This document shows, one piece after another, positions 10,225-21,102 of a DNA stretch of 64,000 nucleotides. How positions within the stretch are numbered: position 1 is the stretch's first letter; each line of letters starts with the position of its first letter. The notes below the pieces were generated by a model. The model saw nothing but the letters and a program-made list of their open reading frames with translations, was not told the DNA's origin and ran no database searches. Origin of the DNA: a virus. Lineage: Duplodnaviria > Heunggongvirae > Uroviricota > Caudoviricetes. The stretch lies in IMG/VR virus record IMGVR_UViG_3300028805_000044; one strand, given 5' to 3'. The position numbers and the translations under genes were made by a program.

Positions 10225-10492
10225 CCTTATCTTTGCTGAGCATAATATGCTGTTAAAAAAAGTTGACCTATTAGAAAGTCAAACTCGGCAATATAAGGAA
10301 CTCATAAGAAATTGTGAGTTAAATGATTCTTTGAACTCGGAGCTTTTAGAAGTCAATAAAACTTATTATCTTAGTAAGGTATCTCTCCTTAATGAAGAAC
10401 TAAAGAAAGAGACTAAAAAGCGCAAAATTTATCAACTTGGAACATTTGGATCGATAACTTTAGCTGTCTTAGCTATTATCTTTCTAAAATGA
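10067..10492 (+). CDS. secreted or membrane coiled-coil protein
   Basis: Signal-peptide-like N-terminus MKLNMFMKSISKFTIALLLSLLIPTVSFSQ plus a C-terminal TM segment. Confidence 0.35.
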   Translation: MKLNMFMKSISKFTIALLLSLLIPTVSFSQTIYPKIVNDSLILLTSSQLKHTNLIFAEHNMLLKKVDLLESQTRQYKELIRNCELNDSLNSELLEVNKTYYLSKVSLLNEELKKETKKRKIYQLGTFGSITLAVLAIIFLK

Positions 10493-10640
10493 AGTGCTTG
10501 AGGATTAATAAAGATTCTGAAGGAGTAAAATACAAGTATATTGATAGATCTTGTCAACAATGTAAGAGGTTTCCTTGTTTTGAAGGAATTGAGATTTGTA
10601 AAAGTGATTTCGCCAAGTATGGTTGTAAGCAGTATTTAGA

Positions 10641-10946
10641 ATGACTACTATTTTCTCTGTATTAAGAGCTAAACTAGATGAAGGTCTAGGTTATACCACT
10701 TATGTCTTTGAAAATCTTGAAGAACATAAATGGGATACTAAGTATAAAATGGTTACAAGGTGTCCTAATTGGGATCATAGAGCTATTAATGTAGGGGAAA
10801 AAGGATTTCTAACTTATGACGATCATGAAGCAGGCAAAAGTCAATGGTTTGATGGTAAAAACTTACAGTTTTATCGTTATACAATGTCTCAATTTATGAA
10901 ATTCATAACTAAACCTGATGAGATTACTACAGATTTTATTATGTAG
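10641..10946 (+). CDS. hypothetical protein
   Basis: 101-aa ORF. Confidence 0.35.
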   Translation: MTTIFSVLRAKLDEGLGYTTYVFENLEEHKWDTKYKMVTRCPNWDHRAINVGEKGFLTYDDHEAGKSQWFDGKNLQFYRYTMSQFMKFITKPDEITTDFIM

Positions 10947-10993
10947 AAGATATCTAGATTATGATTATTTACAAAGTAATACAATTATAATTA

Positions 10994-11887
10994 ATGGGAA
11001 TTTTAGGTGATAAATTAACAGCAGCACAAATCGCAAAGAGTAATGATATTAATACTTTCGTTTGGAAGGGTCCAAAGAAAGAAGTTAATGGTAAAATGGT
11101 GCAGGAAGAGGTGGCATTGAAAGATGCTACTGAAGAGCAACTGAAGAAGTTCCTTATGCACTGTAATTCTATGCTGTATAGTAAGGATAAAGATAATCCT
11201 GGCAGATATACTCTTCTTTCTATTATTAAAGAGCAGAGAGATAAGTGTAATGCAGAACTTTATGTTCGTTGGTTAGAGAACAAATATAAGAAGGATACTC
11301 CTAGTCCTCGAAAGGAATATCCTCGTTATCTATATCAACAGGATATCAGAACCATACTGACTAATAACCGTGAAACATTCGAGAAGGATAAGCTCGATCA
11401 GTATCCCATTGAGCAGATTACAAATGGAGTTCCTACAGAGTTCCGTGACGTAACAATTGCTCTAGCTCAAGATGCTTGTCTTGGAACTCTTGGAGATTTT
11501 AACAAGAAACATCTCTCACTTAACTTCATCACTAAGCTTGGACTCTGGTTTACTCCTGCAGAAATGAAGGATTTGACAGAGAAAGATGCTAATGGTAAGA
11601 CGAGAGATAGATTGGAAGTTATTCGTGAACGTCACGGATTGAAGCCTGTTATTCGTCTTTATATAAACCCAAAGGGTTTGAATTATACAGAGCTTCGTGC
11701 TATGTTGAATCTAAAGAGTAAGAGTCGCAAGTATTCTGATTTGACCACTGATCAGCTCGTAACACTTCGCGATCGTGTTCTATTCTTCTTCGAGGAGGAA
11801 GTTGAACAACACATTAAGCAGTGGGAAGAGCGTAAGAGTCAAATCCTGAAGGTTGCAGAACTCAAGGGTTTTGATTTGAATGCTTAA
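10994..11887 (+). CDS. hypothetical protein
   Basis: 297-aa ORF with no motif recognised. Confidence 0.4.
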   Translation: MGILGDKLTAAQIAKSNDINTFVWKGPKKEVNGKMVQEEVALKDATEEQLKKFLMHCNSMLYSKDKDNPGRYTLLSIIKEQRDKCNAELYVRWLENKYKKDTPSPRKEYPRYLYQQDIRTILTNNRETFEKDKLDQYPIEQITNGVPTEFRDVTIALAQDACLGTLGDFNKKHLSLNFITKLGLWFTPAEMKDLTEKDANGKTRDRLEVIRERHGLKPVIRLYINPKGLNYTELRAMLNLKSKSRKYSDLTTDQLVTLRDRVLFFFEEEVEQHIKQWEERKSQILKVAELKGFDLNA

Positions 11888-11976
11888 ACACATAATGGTA
11901 AAGTATGGGGAGAGGCTTAGCCTCTTCCCTTTGCCATTGGAAACTCTTACCTACATGATATGTGGGATAGTCGAAA

Positions 11977-13263
11977 ATGGCAGAGCAGCTGGAATTATTT
12001 AAAGCTGTTGATAGGACGGCAAGACAAGAAGAATGTAGAAGAAAATGGATTAAGAATAAATGTGTTGGAACAATAGTTGGCGCGACCGGCTTTGGTAAGA
12101 CCCGCATAGGACTTAACTGCGCTGAGACTATAGTTAAACATTATCCTAATTTTAGGATATTAGTTGTTGTTCCAACTGATACCCTGCAGAAACAATGGAA
12201 AAAGCAACTCGATGAAAGAGGGCTTGGACTTAATTGTGATGTAATGGTAATTAATACTGCTGTTAAACAGCAAAGACAGTACCATATGATTATATTAGAT
12301 GAAGTACATAGATATGCTTCAGATGTATTTTCATTAGTATTTAAGCAAGTAGGTTATAAGTATATACTTGGACTTACTGCTACATTTGAAAGATTAGACG
12401 GAAAGGAGATATTACTACAGAAATATGCTCCTGTTATAGATAAAATTACTCTAGAAGATTCCTTATTAAATGGATGGGTATCTCCATATATAGAGTATGA
12501 AGTTCTTATTAATGTTGATGATATAGCACAATATGAAGAAATGAATAGAGAATTCACTGAACACTTTGAATTCTTTAACTATGACTTTAATCTCGCTATG
12601 GAAATGGTTGGTAAGGATGGTTGGAAAAAGAGACAAGCCCTAAGAGATAGAATGTGTCCACAAGAAGCCTCATCATCGGTTCGAAAACAAATGCTATCTA
12701 ATATTACTTATCATGCTATGGGTTTTATGAGAGTAATTCAGTCCAGAAAGAAGTTTATAAATGAACATCCTAAAAAGATTGAACTAGCTCGTAAAATTAT
12801 AGAAGCACGTAAGGATAAAAAAATAGTAACTTTCTCTAAGAAAGTAGATGTTGCCGAACAAATTGGATATGGAGAAGTTTATACAGGAAAGACCTCTAAG
12901 AAAAGAAGTGCTACTATACTTGAAGATTTCAAGAACAAAAAAGTAGGGGTTCTTAATTCTTGTGAAAAGATAAATGAAGGTCTTGATGTTGGTGGATTGT
13001 CTGTAGCTATCATCTTAGGATTAGATTCTGCAAAATTAAAGGCAGTTCAACGAGTAGGAAGAGTAATTCGTTATGAACCAGGCAAGCAGGCGGAAATATT
13101 TAATCTTATTATTAACAACACTGTTGAGACCAAATGGTTCAGTACTGCCCATCCCGATGGGAATTTTAAAGTCATCGACGAAGAAGGTCTTGAAAAAGTG
13201 TTAAGAGGAGAAGATCCTGGAGAATATGTCAAACCAGCAGCAAAATTTGTATTCAGATTTTAA
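11977..13263 (+). CDS. SF2 DEAD/DEAH-box helicase
   Basis: Walker A GATGFGKT, DExH box ILDEVH, and LTAT (motif III). Confidence 0.7.
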   Translation: MAEQLELFKAVDRTARQEECRRKWIKNKCVGTIVGATGFGKTRIGLNCAETIVKHYPNFRILVVVPTDTLQKQWKKQLDERGLGLNCDVMVINTAVKQQRQYHMIILDEVHRYASDVFSLVFKQVGYKYILGLTATFERLDGKEILLQKYAPVIDKITLEDSLLNGWVSPYIEYEVLINVDDIAQYEEMNREFTEHFEFFNYDFNLAMEMVGKDGWKKRQALRDRMCPQEASSSVRKQMLSNITYHAMGFMRVIQSRKKFINEHPKKIELARKIIEARKDKKIVTFSKKVDVAEQIGYGEVYTGKTSKKRSATILEDFKNKKVGVLNSCEKINEGLDVGGLSVAIILGLDSAKLKAVQRVGRVIRYEPGKQAEIFNLIINNTVETKWFSTAHPDGNFKVIDEEGLEKVLRGEDPGEYVKPAAKFVFRF

Positions 13264-13633
13264 TACCTGTAGAATAGAATATGAAGATGATGGATGGGTT
13301 TGGATAACAATTAAAGGATCCTTATTACATACTAGTAATAGATATTTTAGGAACGCAGCAGATGCAGAACAAGATTTAATAACTTTCCTTAAGAATTATG
13401 AAAGGTTCAGAAATGGTTGAATTGCTCATACTTGAGCAGATAGTATCTACGTATCAGGATAAGAAATTTACAGATTTATATAATAGAACATACGATATGG
13501 AGAAGTTATTGAATAGATATATTGAGCTTTCTAAGCTCTTTATGGAACCATATGTAAAGAATCCCGACTCGGAAGAGTAATCCCTCTTTTACAGTAAGAG
13601 ATTAGACTGAAATAATTTTAATCCCTAACTGTT

Positions 13634-14251
13634 TTGAACAAGTATAATTTAAATATTGATGAGGAGATAGCAATGCTAGAGAAGTATCAGCTAACTCCTG
13701 ATGAACTTTTTATAGTTAGATTAATCTTTATTACAAAAGAAGGTTATCCAGAGAATTATCTATTTAAGTTTTTTCAAATTGGAGATAATAAATCCGGTTT
13801 TAGAGGGAACTTGGAATCTTTACAGAATAAAGGAGTAATTCTTAAGTCTTATAAGATTCCAGCTAAAGGAGAAAGATTTGACCCTGCAGCTATTCCTTTT
13901 AATAAGAACTTTGAAAATGCTTTGTATAGAAGTGCCTTTGATATGGGACAAGAACTTTATGAGGCATATCCAATGTTTGCAACAATTCAAGGAGCAACTG
14001 TTTCTATAAGAGGAGTATCTAAGAAGTTTAATACACTTGAAGATGCCTTTCGTTATTATGGTAAACAGATACGTTGGAATAATGAAACTCATAAACATAT
14101 TCTTGAACTACTGGATTGGGCACAAAATAATACTACATTTATAAACTTCTCTCTTGCTACGTTCCTTATAGATAGGAAGTGGGAAGAGATAGAGGCTTTA
14201 AAGAATGGAGAACTTTCTGATATTAACTATAACTCTATGCGCTCTATATGA
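13634..14251 (+). CDS. hypothetical protein
   Basis: 205-aa ORF. Confidence 0.35.
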   Translation: MNKYNLNIDEEIAMLEKYQLTPDELFIVRLIFITKEGYPENYLFKFFQIGDNKSGFRGNLESLQNKGVILKSYKIPAKGERFDPAAIPFNKNFENALYRSAFDMGQELYEAYPMFATIQGATVSIRGVSKKFNTLEDAFRYYGKQIRWNNETHKHILELLDWAQNNTTFINFSLATFLIDRKWEEIEALKNGELSDINYNSMRSI

Positions 14252-15336
14252 TTACTGAATCAGTATTGGAGCTTATTAAACGAGGTCGTGAAGGACATAA
14301 CCAAGGTATATCGATTGGTATGCCTAAACTAGAGAGTATAATAGATGGACTTACTCACTCTACTTATTATCTTCTATTCGGAGGTACTGGTAGTGGTAAG
14401 ACTACTTTTGCTCTTTATTCTTTTATCTATAAACCATTAGTACAACATCTAGACGACGACAACTTTCGAGTAATTTATTATTCATTGGAGATGTCTGCTG
14501 ATATGTTATTCTTAAAACTCCTATGTATGCATATATGGGATGAATATCATATAGAGGTATCTCCTAAGGAGTTAATGTCCCGTAAAAAGAACTATATTCT
14601 AGATGATGACCTTTATAAAATAGTACTAGAATGTCAACCTTGGCTTACTAAAATAGAACAGAAAATTACTGTCTATGATAGAGCATTAAATGCACAAGTT
14701 CTTTATGCTAATTTACATGCTGAGCTTGAAAAGGAAGGTGAATTTATAAATACTGATAAAAGAATACTATTTAAACCAAAGAATCCCGATAAAATCATTC
14801 TCGTTTGTATGGATCATATTGGATTGGTACGTCCAGGACAAGGTTCTACTCTTAAGAACGAAATTGATTTATGTAGTAAGTATCTTCTTACATTTAGAAA
14901 TATATGTGGAGTTAGTCCACTTGTTCTAATGCAGATAAATAGAGATAGTACTTCTACTGATAGAAGAAAGCTAGACATGATTGACCTAAAACTTAGTGAT
15001 ATCAAAGATAGTGGCAATCCATCACAGGATGCTGAGGTTATTCTTGGTATATTATCTCCTCATAGAGAACAGCTTAATAAGTATAAGAAATATGATATTT
15101 CTCAGCTTGAAGATAAGTTTAGAAGTATTTCTGTACTTAAATCTAGATATGGTGAATCTGAAATTCAAATAGGTTCTACATTCTATGGTAAAGCTGGACT
15201 ATTTAAGGAGTTACCAAAAGGTGATCAGATCACTTGTTATGATCCTTATATGGACGTTAGTTATATGTTGTCAGATGAAATAACTCAAAATGAAAGAATA
15301 GATGAAAACGTAGTTAATCTAAACTTTACAATGTAA
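14248..15336 (+). CDS. DnaB-like replicative helicase (RecA-fold C-terminal domain)
   Basis: Walker A FGGTGSGKTT, DnaB H1a motif YYSLEMS, and Walker-B-like ILVCMDHIGL. Confidence 0.65.
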   Translation: MITESVLELIKRGREGHNQGISIGMPKLESIIDGLTHSTYYLLFGGTGSGKTTFALYSFIYKPLVQHLDDDNFRVIYYSLEMSADMLFLKLLCMHIWDEYHIEVSPKELMSRKKNYILDDDLYKIVLECQPWLTKIEQKITVYDRALNAQVLYANLHAELEKEGEFINTDKRILFKPKNPDKIILVCMDHIGLVRPGQGSTLKNEIDLCSKYLLTFRNICGVSPLVLMQINRDSTSTDRRKLDMIDLKLSDIKDSGNPSQDAEVILGILSPHREQLNKYKKYDISQLEDKFRSISVLKSRYGESEIQIGSTFYGKAGLFKELPKGDQITCYDPYMDVSYMLSDEITQNERIDENVVNLNFTM

Positions 15337-15613
15337 ATGGCTGAACTAATCGCTATTGTTGGTGAATCTGGGTCTGGTAAGACCACATCTATTAGAAACT
15401 TAAATCCGAAAGAAACATTTATTATATCTACTACAGGTAAGAGACCAGGAATTAAGGGTGCTAAAAAGAAGTATCCTGATTTCAAGGTCAATAAGGAAAC
15501 AAAGGAGATGACAGGTAATTTCTATACTTCTTCTAACATCGACTCTATAAAGCAGATGATGAAGATAGTAAACTTGAAAATGCCAAACGTTAAAGTACTG
15601 ATTATTGATGATT
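15337..15613 (+). CDS. P-loop ATPase (Sak4/AAA_24-like), exon 1
   Basis: Walker A IVGESGSGKTT. The ORF ends at Walker B VLIIDD and is immediately followed by TAA. Exon 1 ends in U. Confidence 0.55.
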
Positions 15614-16698
15614 AACTTAAATTAACATTTAAAAGTTTGAATATATTTTCAAAAATTCGTAAGTATTAATATATTTGAGTAGTAACTTAAATATTTAATC
15701 TTATGAATTTAAAATATAATGAATCACAAATTATTGAGCTGTATAATCAAGGATTATCAGATAAAGAAATTTCTGAGATACTTGGTGTAACTGAGACAGC
15801 TTTTTCTTGTAAAAGAAGGAAAATGGGCTTAAAGGCTCATACTAAAGCAAAAAGAGAAGATTATATTCCAAATGAAAAAGAAATAGCTATTATAGTAGGA
15901 ACTCTGTTAGGAGATAGTACAATAAGATATGTACATGAAAAATGTAAATATCCAAACTTAACCTTTGTACATTCACCAAAACAGGAAGAATACTTTAACT
16001 ATTTGTCCGAAGAATTAAAAAACTTTAGGGCTTCATCTGGAAGATATGTAGACCATAATAAGTTAAATAAATATGGCTACAAACTTGTATATACTGGAAG
16101 AAACATGAAATGTTTGAAAACTATAAGAGATAGATTTTATTCAAATGGTAAGAAAATAATACCCCCATTTATCATAAGAAAATATTTTACAGAATTAAGT
16201 CTGTACTATATGTTTATGGATAATGGTAGTTATGATAAAACAGGTAATAGTTATATTATAAATACTCAATGTTTTACCATAGAAGAGCTTACTGAATTCT
16301 GTGATATTATGGAAGAAAAATTTGGACTTTCTTTTAATATAAAGAAAGATCATACCTTGTATTTAAAACATGAATGTAATTCTATTATGTATAATATCTT
16401 ATCTAAAAACAATAAATGTGATTCTATGACTTATAAATGTGGAAAGTCATCGTTAAACTCCGTTAAACAGGGAAACTCCTTAAAGGACAATCCTGTGCTA
16501 AACCCTCAAGAAATTGAGGAAAATGCCGAACGACTAGAAGTGATGCCTAACGAGAAAGACGAGGCTATAAGTTCTTCCACGAAAGCGGGGCACTGTTCAG
16601 AGTAAGGTCCGTGAGGATATAAAATGAATCAAAGATATAGTCTGACCAATGCAGTAATGTATTGATGTAGGAGATAAAGAACTCTTACGATAACAACG
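15614..16698 (+). mobile_element. putative group I-like intron carrying a LAGLIDADG homing endonuclease, inserted in the P-loop ATPase gene
   Basis: A 1.08-kb interruption exactly at the Walker B motif. The flanking exon ends in U and the element ends in G (16698). Exon 2 continues in frame as ...LIIDD-L-FQYLQAF. Confidence 0.5.
15703..16605 (+). CDS. double-motif LAGLIDADG homing endonuclease with N-terminal HTH
   Basis: Two LAGLIDADG-type motifs (IIVGTLLGDSTI and YYMFMDNGSY) plus an HTH (LSDKEISEILGVTETA). Confidence 0.7.
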   Translation: MNLKYNESQIIELYNQGLSDKEISEILGVTETAFSCKRRKMGLKAHTKAKREDYIPNEKEIAIIVGTLLGDSTIRYVHEKCKYPNLTFVHSPKQEEYFNYLSEELKNFRASSGRYVDHNKLNKYGYKLVYTGRNMKCLKTIRDRFYSNGKKIIPPFIIRKYFTELSLYYMFMDNGSYDKTGNSYIINTQCFTIEELTEFCDIMEEKFGLSFNIKKDHTLYLKHECNSIMYNILSKNNKCDSMTYKCGKSSLNSVKQGNSLKDNPVLNPQEIEENAERLEVMPNEKDEAISSSTKAGHCSE

Positions 16699-17123
16699 TG
16701 TTTCAGTATCTCCAGGCGTTCGAGAACATGAATCGTGTTGATGAGAAGGGATATAATAAGTTTACAGATATCGCTAAGCATGCATATGAGGCTTTGAGGA
16801 CTGGTATGGACATGCGTGACGATTTATTTGTAATAGTAATGACTCATAGTGAAAATACTGGAGATAATCTCAATCCTTACTGGAAAATCAAGACAATTGG
16901 TAAAATGTTAGATAGTGTTATTACACTTGAAGGATTATTTACCTATGTGTTCTTTACTCGTGTACTTAATGATGAATCTGACGGAGTAAAATATAAGTTC
17001 CTAACCAACTCAGATGGAACCTGTACAGCTAAATCCCCAATGGGACTATTTGAAGATTTACTTATAGACAATGACTTAGATTATGTTATTAAGAAAATCA
17101 CCGAATATAACGAAGGAGAATGA
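16699..17123 (+). CDS. P-loop ATPase, exon 2
   Basis: In-frame continuation after the insert (FQYLQAFENMNRVDEKGY...). The upstream in-frame stop is at 16692. Confidence 0.5.
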
Positions 17124-17707
17124 TTCAGCGATTTAAGGTGCTCTTTACTTATGAGCAAGACGATGAAACCGGAGAGGTGAAAGTAATTAATAGGGAGGTA
17201 GTCAACGGCGATCTTCCTAAAGCAAAGAAGACCAGCTCTACTAAGAAGAGCAAAGCAGATGAAAACCCAGAACCAGAACTTATTCTCGAAGATAACAAAT
17301 ACAGCCTCAACACTGCAGCTGTAGAGTTATTAGGTGTCGAAGCTGATGATAGAGTAGACATCAAGTTCGAGAAGAGGGATAAGGTAAGAGTTCCAGTTAT
17401 AGGTTGTAATACAGCTTTTGGAACACAGGGAGGTAATAGATTAACCAAGTCCAATACAGTAAGTTATAGAGGTAAGAATCATGACTTGCTTGAGGAGTAT
17501 GGAACTGTATTCTCATTTAAAGAAACAGATAAAGAAGGAATCTTCGAATTAGTAGGAGATAAACCTATTCCAGAACAGAAAGAAGATGAAAATGTCAAAA
17601 TTGTAGATGAAGAGGTAGAGGAAATCGGACGTCCAGAAGACCTAGTAGGTATTATGGAAGGAGATGCTACTGAAATAAATACAGATGATCTTGATTTCAA
17701 TTTCTAA
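17120..17707 (+). CDS. acidic protein with SSB-tail-like C-terminus (DDLDFNF)
   Basis: 195-aa highly acidic ORF sitting in the replication gene neighbourhood. Confidence 0.35.
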   Translation: MIQRFKVLFTYEQDDETGEVKVINREVVNGDLPKAKKTSSTKKSKADENPEPELILEDNKYSLNTAAVELLGVEADDRVDIKFEKRDKVRVPVIGCNTAFGTQGGNRLTKSNTVSYRGKNHDLLEEYGTVFSFKETDKEGIFELVGDKPIPEQKEDENVKIVDEEVEEIGRPEDLVGIMEGDATEINTDDLDFNF

Positions 17708-17720
17708 AATGGTTTAATTT

Positions 17721-18455
17721 ATGGCAGGATTTGTTTTTGGTCCAATTGATAAAGTACAAGCAACAGCTGGTGGTAATCGTCGTCTTCGTCCTTGGGACAT
17801 TTATGAAGTAAAGTTTGTAGAAGCTAAGTATGAGACATTTGAGGGTAAAAAAGAAGAGAATAAAGGTCAGATTTATGAGGCATTAACCGTACGTTTTGAA
17901 AACGAAGATGGTTATTATGAGGAGAGAGTCTTCAATCCTGGTGAAAAAGGTAATGAGAGATTCAAGAACAAGAATGCTGAGGGTCATGAATATGAGTCTG
18001 CATCTCCAATGGAGAAGCTTCGTATTTTTATTGCTCAGATGCTGACTGTTCTCGCTCCTGAGAAGATGCCTAAGATGGTTGAATTAGCTCCGAAAGTTAC
18101 AAGCTTTAAGCAATTAGTAGAGGTATTCTCTAAGTTGCTGGAAGGAGCTAAGGGTAAGACCACTCATCTAAAGCTGGCTGGTAAGGTCGATTCTAAAACC
18201 AATAGAATTGTTCCTTGTCTTCCTAAGTTCGCAGGTGTCAATAAACAGGGAGAACTATTCACTGCTGATAACTTTATCGGTGATAAATTATTCTTCTCTC
18301 CTTATGAGGAAGGAAAGCAGAAGGAGTATCGTGAAGCTAAGCCAACCGATATGGAGAAGAAGGAGAATCCCGTAGAGGCTTCTGTGGATGATCTTCCTAA
18401 TACTGAGGCTCCTCAGGAGGAGATCGATGATTTTGAAGGTCTTCTGAATCAGTAA
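17721..18455 (+). CDS. hypothetical replication-module protein (possible ssDNA-binding or annealing protein)
   Basis: 244-aa ORF with an acidic C-terminal tip EEIDDFEGLLNQ, located between the ATPase and the primase. Confidence 0.3.
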   Translation: MAGFVFGPIDKVQATAGGNRRLRPWDIYEVKFVEAKYETFEGKKEENKGQIYEALTVRFENEDGYYEERVFNPGEKGNERFKNKNAEGHEYESASPMEKLRIFIAQMLTVLAPEKMPKMVELAPKVTSFKQLVEVFSKLLEGAKGKTTHLKLAGKVDSKTNRIVPCLPKFAGVNKQGELFTADNFIGDKLFFSPYEEGKQKEYREAKPTDMEKKENPVEASVDDLPNTEAPQEEIDDFEGLLNQ

Positions 18456-18532
18456 TATGTTTTTATCTGGCGGAGGGGTTCTCTAACCTCTCTGCCTTTC
18501 ATTTTATAAAAAGAATCCTTATATTTAGGTTC

Positions 18533-19540
18533 TTGATGGAAAATTTCAGCTTTTATATTGAACCGAAAATCACTAAGGATTTTCTACTTTCTTATAATAA
18601 TGAAGAGACCTACATGTCTTTTTATTTAGGAATTCCAATTAAAAAGGGTTTATTTTGCTCTCCTCTTCGAAGGGATAATACACCTACTTGTTCTTTCTAT
18701 AGAAATAAACAAGGCGACCTCATATTTAAGGACTTTAATGGTTCTTTTTATGGTAACTTTATTTCTGTAGTTATGTATAAGTATGGTCTTCGCTATGGAG
18801 AAGCTTTAAAAACTATAGCCAACGATTTTAATCTTATTAAGACTCCAGGTTATAAAAAACATCAAGGAATTATACGTGAAAATATTCCAAAATTTGAGGC
18901 ACCTGAAACCTCTTTAATAAGAGTGGAAGTTCAAGATTTCCTACCTAAAGAAATGGAATGGTGGTCCAGTTTTGGTATAACTGAAAAAATTCTTAGAAAG
19001 TACCACGTATATTCTTGTAAGAATATCTTTTTAAATGGAACATATTTTATGGCTTCCTCAGAAAGCTGTCCAGCTTTTGGCTACTATGGAGGTAAAGAAG
19101 ATAATGTAGAACTTTGGAGAATTTATTTTCCAAAGAAAAAGCAATATAGATTTCTCACTAATTGGAAAGCTAAACAAGTACAGGGATATAATCAGTTACC
19201 CAAGGAAGGAAAGTTATTAGTTATCACTAAATCTATGAAAGATGTGATGTGTCTATATAGCCTAGGCATTAAAGCTATTGCACCTAATAGTGAGAATTTA
19301 TTTCTAACAGAGAAAATGTTAGAAGAGTTAAAAAAGCGTTTTACACATATAGTAGTGTTTTATGATAATGATTTACCTGGAATATCAAATATGTGTAAGA
19401 TTAAAAAAGAGCATCCAGAACTTATATATTTATGGATTCCTAGAAAATATGAAACTAAAGATATTTCAGATTTTAGAAAGAAATATGGAGAGAAAAGAAC
19501 AAGGCAATTTATTAAGGATTTAATTCTTAAATATAAATGA
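18533..19540 (+). CDS. DNA primase (Toprim domain, DnaG-like)
   Basis: Toprim motif VVFYDNDLPG with an N-terminal Cys-rich segment. Sits in the replication module. Confidence 0.55.
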   Translation: MMENFSFYIEPKITKDFLLSYNNEETYMSFYLGIPIKKGLFCSPLRRDNTPTCSFYRNKQGDLIFKDFNGSFYGNFISVVMYKYGLRYGEALKTIANDFNLIKTPGYKKHQGIIRENIPKFEAPETSLIRVEVQDFLPKEMEWWSSFGITEKILRKYHVYSCKNIFLNGTYFMASSESCPAFGYYGGKEDNVELWRIYFPKKKQYRFLTNWKAKQVQGYNQLPKEGKLLVITKSMKDVMCLYSLGIKAIAPNSENLFLTEKMLEELKKRFTHIVVFYDNDLPGISNMCKIKKEHPELIYLWIPRKYETKDISDFRKKYGEKRTRQFIKDLILKYK

Positions 19541-19554
19541 AGAAGAGTTAGGAA

Positions 19555-20091
19555 TTGAACACTTCGTGTAAAGCTATTTTTAAAGATGGCAGTACTAAAG
19601 AATTTGCTTCCATCGAGGAAGCATCAAAAGAAACAGGCATTACAGTTGCTGCAATTAAAATCAGATGCAATAAAGCTGGATGTGGAGGAAAAGAAAAAAT
19701 CTGTTTCGAATGGTTAGATGAACATACAAAACGTTCTTATCAAGCAAAAAAATCTAGAAGTAAAGGAGCTTCTTGGGAACGTGAAGTCATTAATAAGTTA
19801 AAAGAGATAGGATTTACTGGCTGTGTTACTTCTAGAGGAGAATCTAAAAAAGTAGATAATAATAAAATTGATATTATAGATACTGAAGGAAAGTTACCTA
19901 TTAATATTCAATGTAAACAATATCAAAATACTCCATCTTATTTTACTATTAGAGATGCATGCACTGATAAAAGCAAACCTTTTGCTGTATTTTGGAAGAA
20001 ATCTCCTGAAGGAGGAGAAAATAGTAAAGGCTCTATAGTAATGATAGATACAGAATATTTCCTAAAGCTTTTAGCTTTAACTTTAAAATGA
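19555..20091 (+). CDS. putative PD-(D/E)xK nuclease with N-terminal NUMOD1-like HTH
   Basis: HTH segment EFASIEEASKETGITVAAIKIRC, then GES..D..KIDIID..E...QCK. Non-ATG (TTG) start. Confidence 0.35.
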   Translation: MNTSCKAIFKDGSTKEFASIEEASKETGITVAAIKIRCNKAGCGGKEKICFEWLDEHTKRSYQAKKSRSKGASWEREVINKLKEIGFTGCVTSRGESKKVDNNKIDIIDTEGKLPINIQCKQYQNTPSYFTIRDACTDKSKPFAVFWKKSPEGGENSKGSIVMIDTEYFLKLLALTLK

Positions 20092-20586
20092 CCACATATA
20101 TATACGCTGTTTGTGATGATGCTGGCAATCATCTAAAGACTGTTAATGCTGTGTCTATGAATGCAGCTAAAGAAAAAATAATAGAAAGATTTAGAGATTT
20201 ACTAGAATTAGATGAAGAATTTTATAATTGGAATGACTTTATTGATTTTATGAAAAATCATGATATAGTCATATCTAAGTGTATACAAGACATAGAAGCT
20301 TTATGAAAATATATAAAGTAGTTAAAAGAGAGGAAAATCCTACCATTTCACTTAGTAAGGTGAGTATGGAAGATGGGTTCTTAATTGTTATATCCAATGG
20401 TGAAGCAATTGGAATAATTGTTCACGATGATTGTAAAGAACAATACATAATGATTACATACTTTAATGATAGCTTCGAAAGTGGAATTAATGCTGATTAT
20501 TATGATGAGAATCTTGAGAAACTAATAGAAGAAATCAGAAAGGATTATACAGAACCTGTTGAACTTAACTTTGTAAGAATCACACA

Positions 20587-21102
20587 ATGAGAATAGGACT
20601 TGACCTCGATGGAACTGTAGATGACTTTATGAATCCCTATTTAGAAAGATTTGGACATCCAAAGAAAGATTCTGAGATAACGAAAAATGTTCAACGTGTA
20701 CTTAGTAAAGATAGAGATTTTTGGCTTAATTTGCCTGTACTTAGATATATAGATTTTACACCAGAGTTGTATTGTACTAAACGAGTAAATCCAAAACAAT
20801 GGACTCGTAAATGGTTAATAGAGAATGGTTTTCCAAATCGTCCTATTTATCAGATGTACTATCAACATGGAAATAAAGCTACTATGATTAAAGGAAGAGT
20901 TGATGTATTTGTTGACGATTCCATCTCTAACTTTATAAAATTGAACTTATCTGGAGTTCCATGTCTTCTTATAGACCAGCCTGATAATCAAGAGTGGGGA
21001 CCTATAGGAAGAATCTTTACCCTTAATAAAGAGGAAATAGTAGATGCATATAACTTACTCATAGATACTGGAATGTTTGATAACTTTAAGAATCTCTTAT
21101 GA
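20587..21102 (+). CDS. HAD-family 5'(3')-deoxyribonucleotidase
   Basis: DxDGT motif IGLDLDGTVDDF at the N-terminus. Confidence 0.6.
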   Translation: MRIGLDLDGTVDDFMNPYLERFGHPKKDSEITKNVQRVLSKDRDFWLNLPVLRYIDFTPELYCTKRVNPKQWTRKWLIENGFPNRPIYQMYYQHGNKATMIKGRVDVFVDDSISNFIKLNLSGVPCLLIDQPDNQEWGPIGRIFTLNKEEIVDAYNLLIDTGMFDNFKNLL

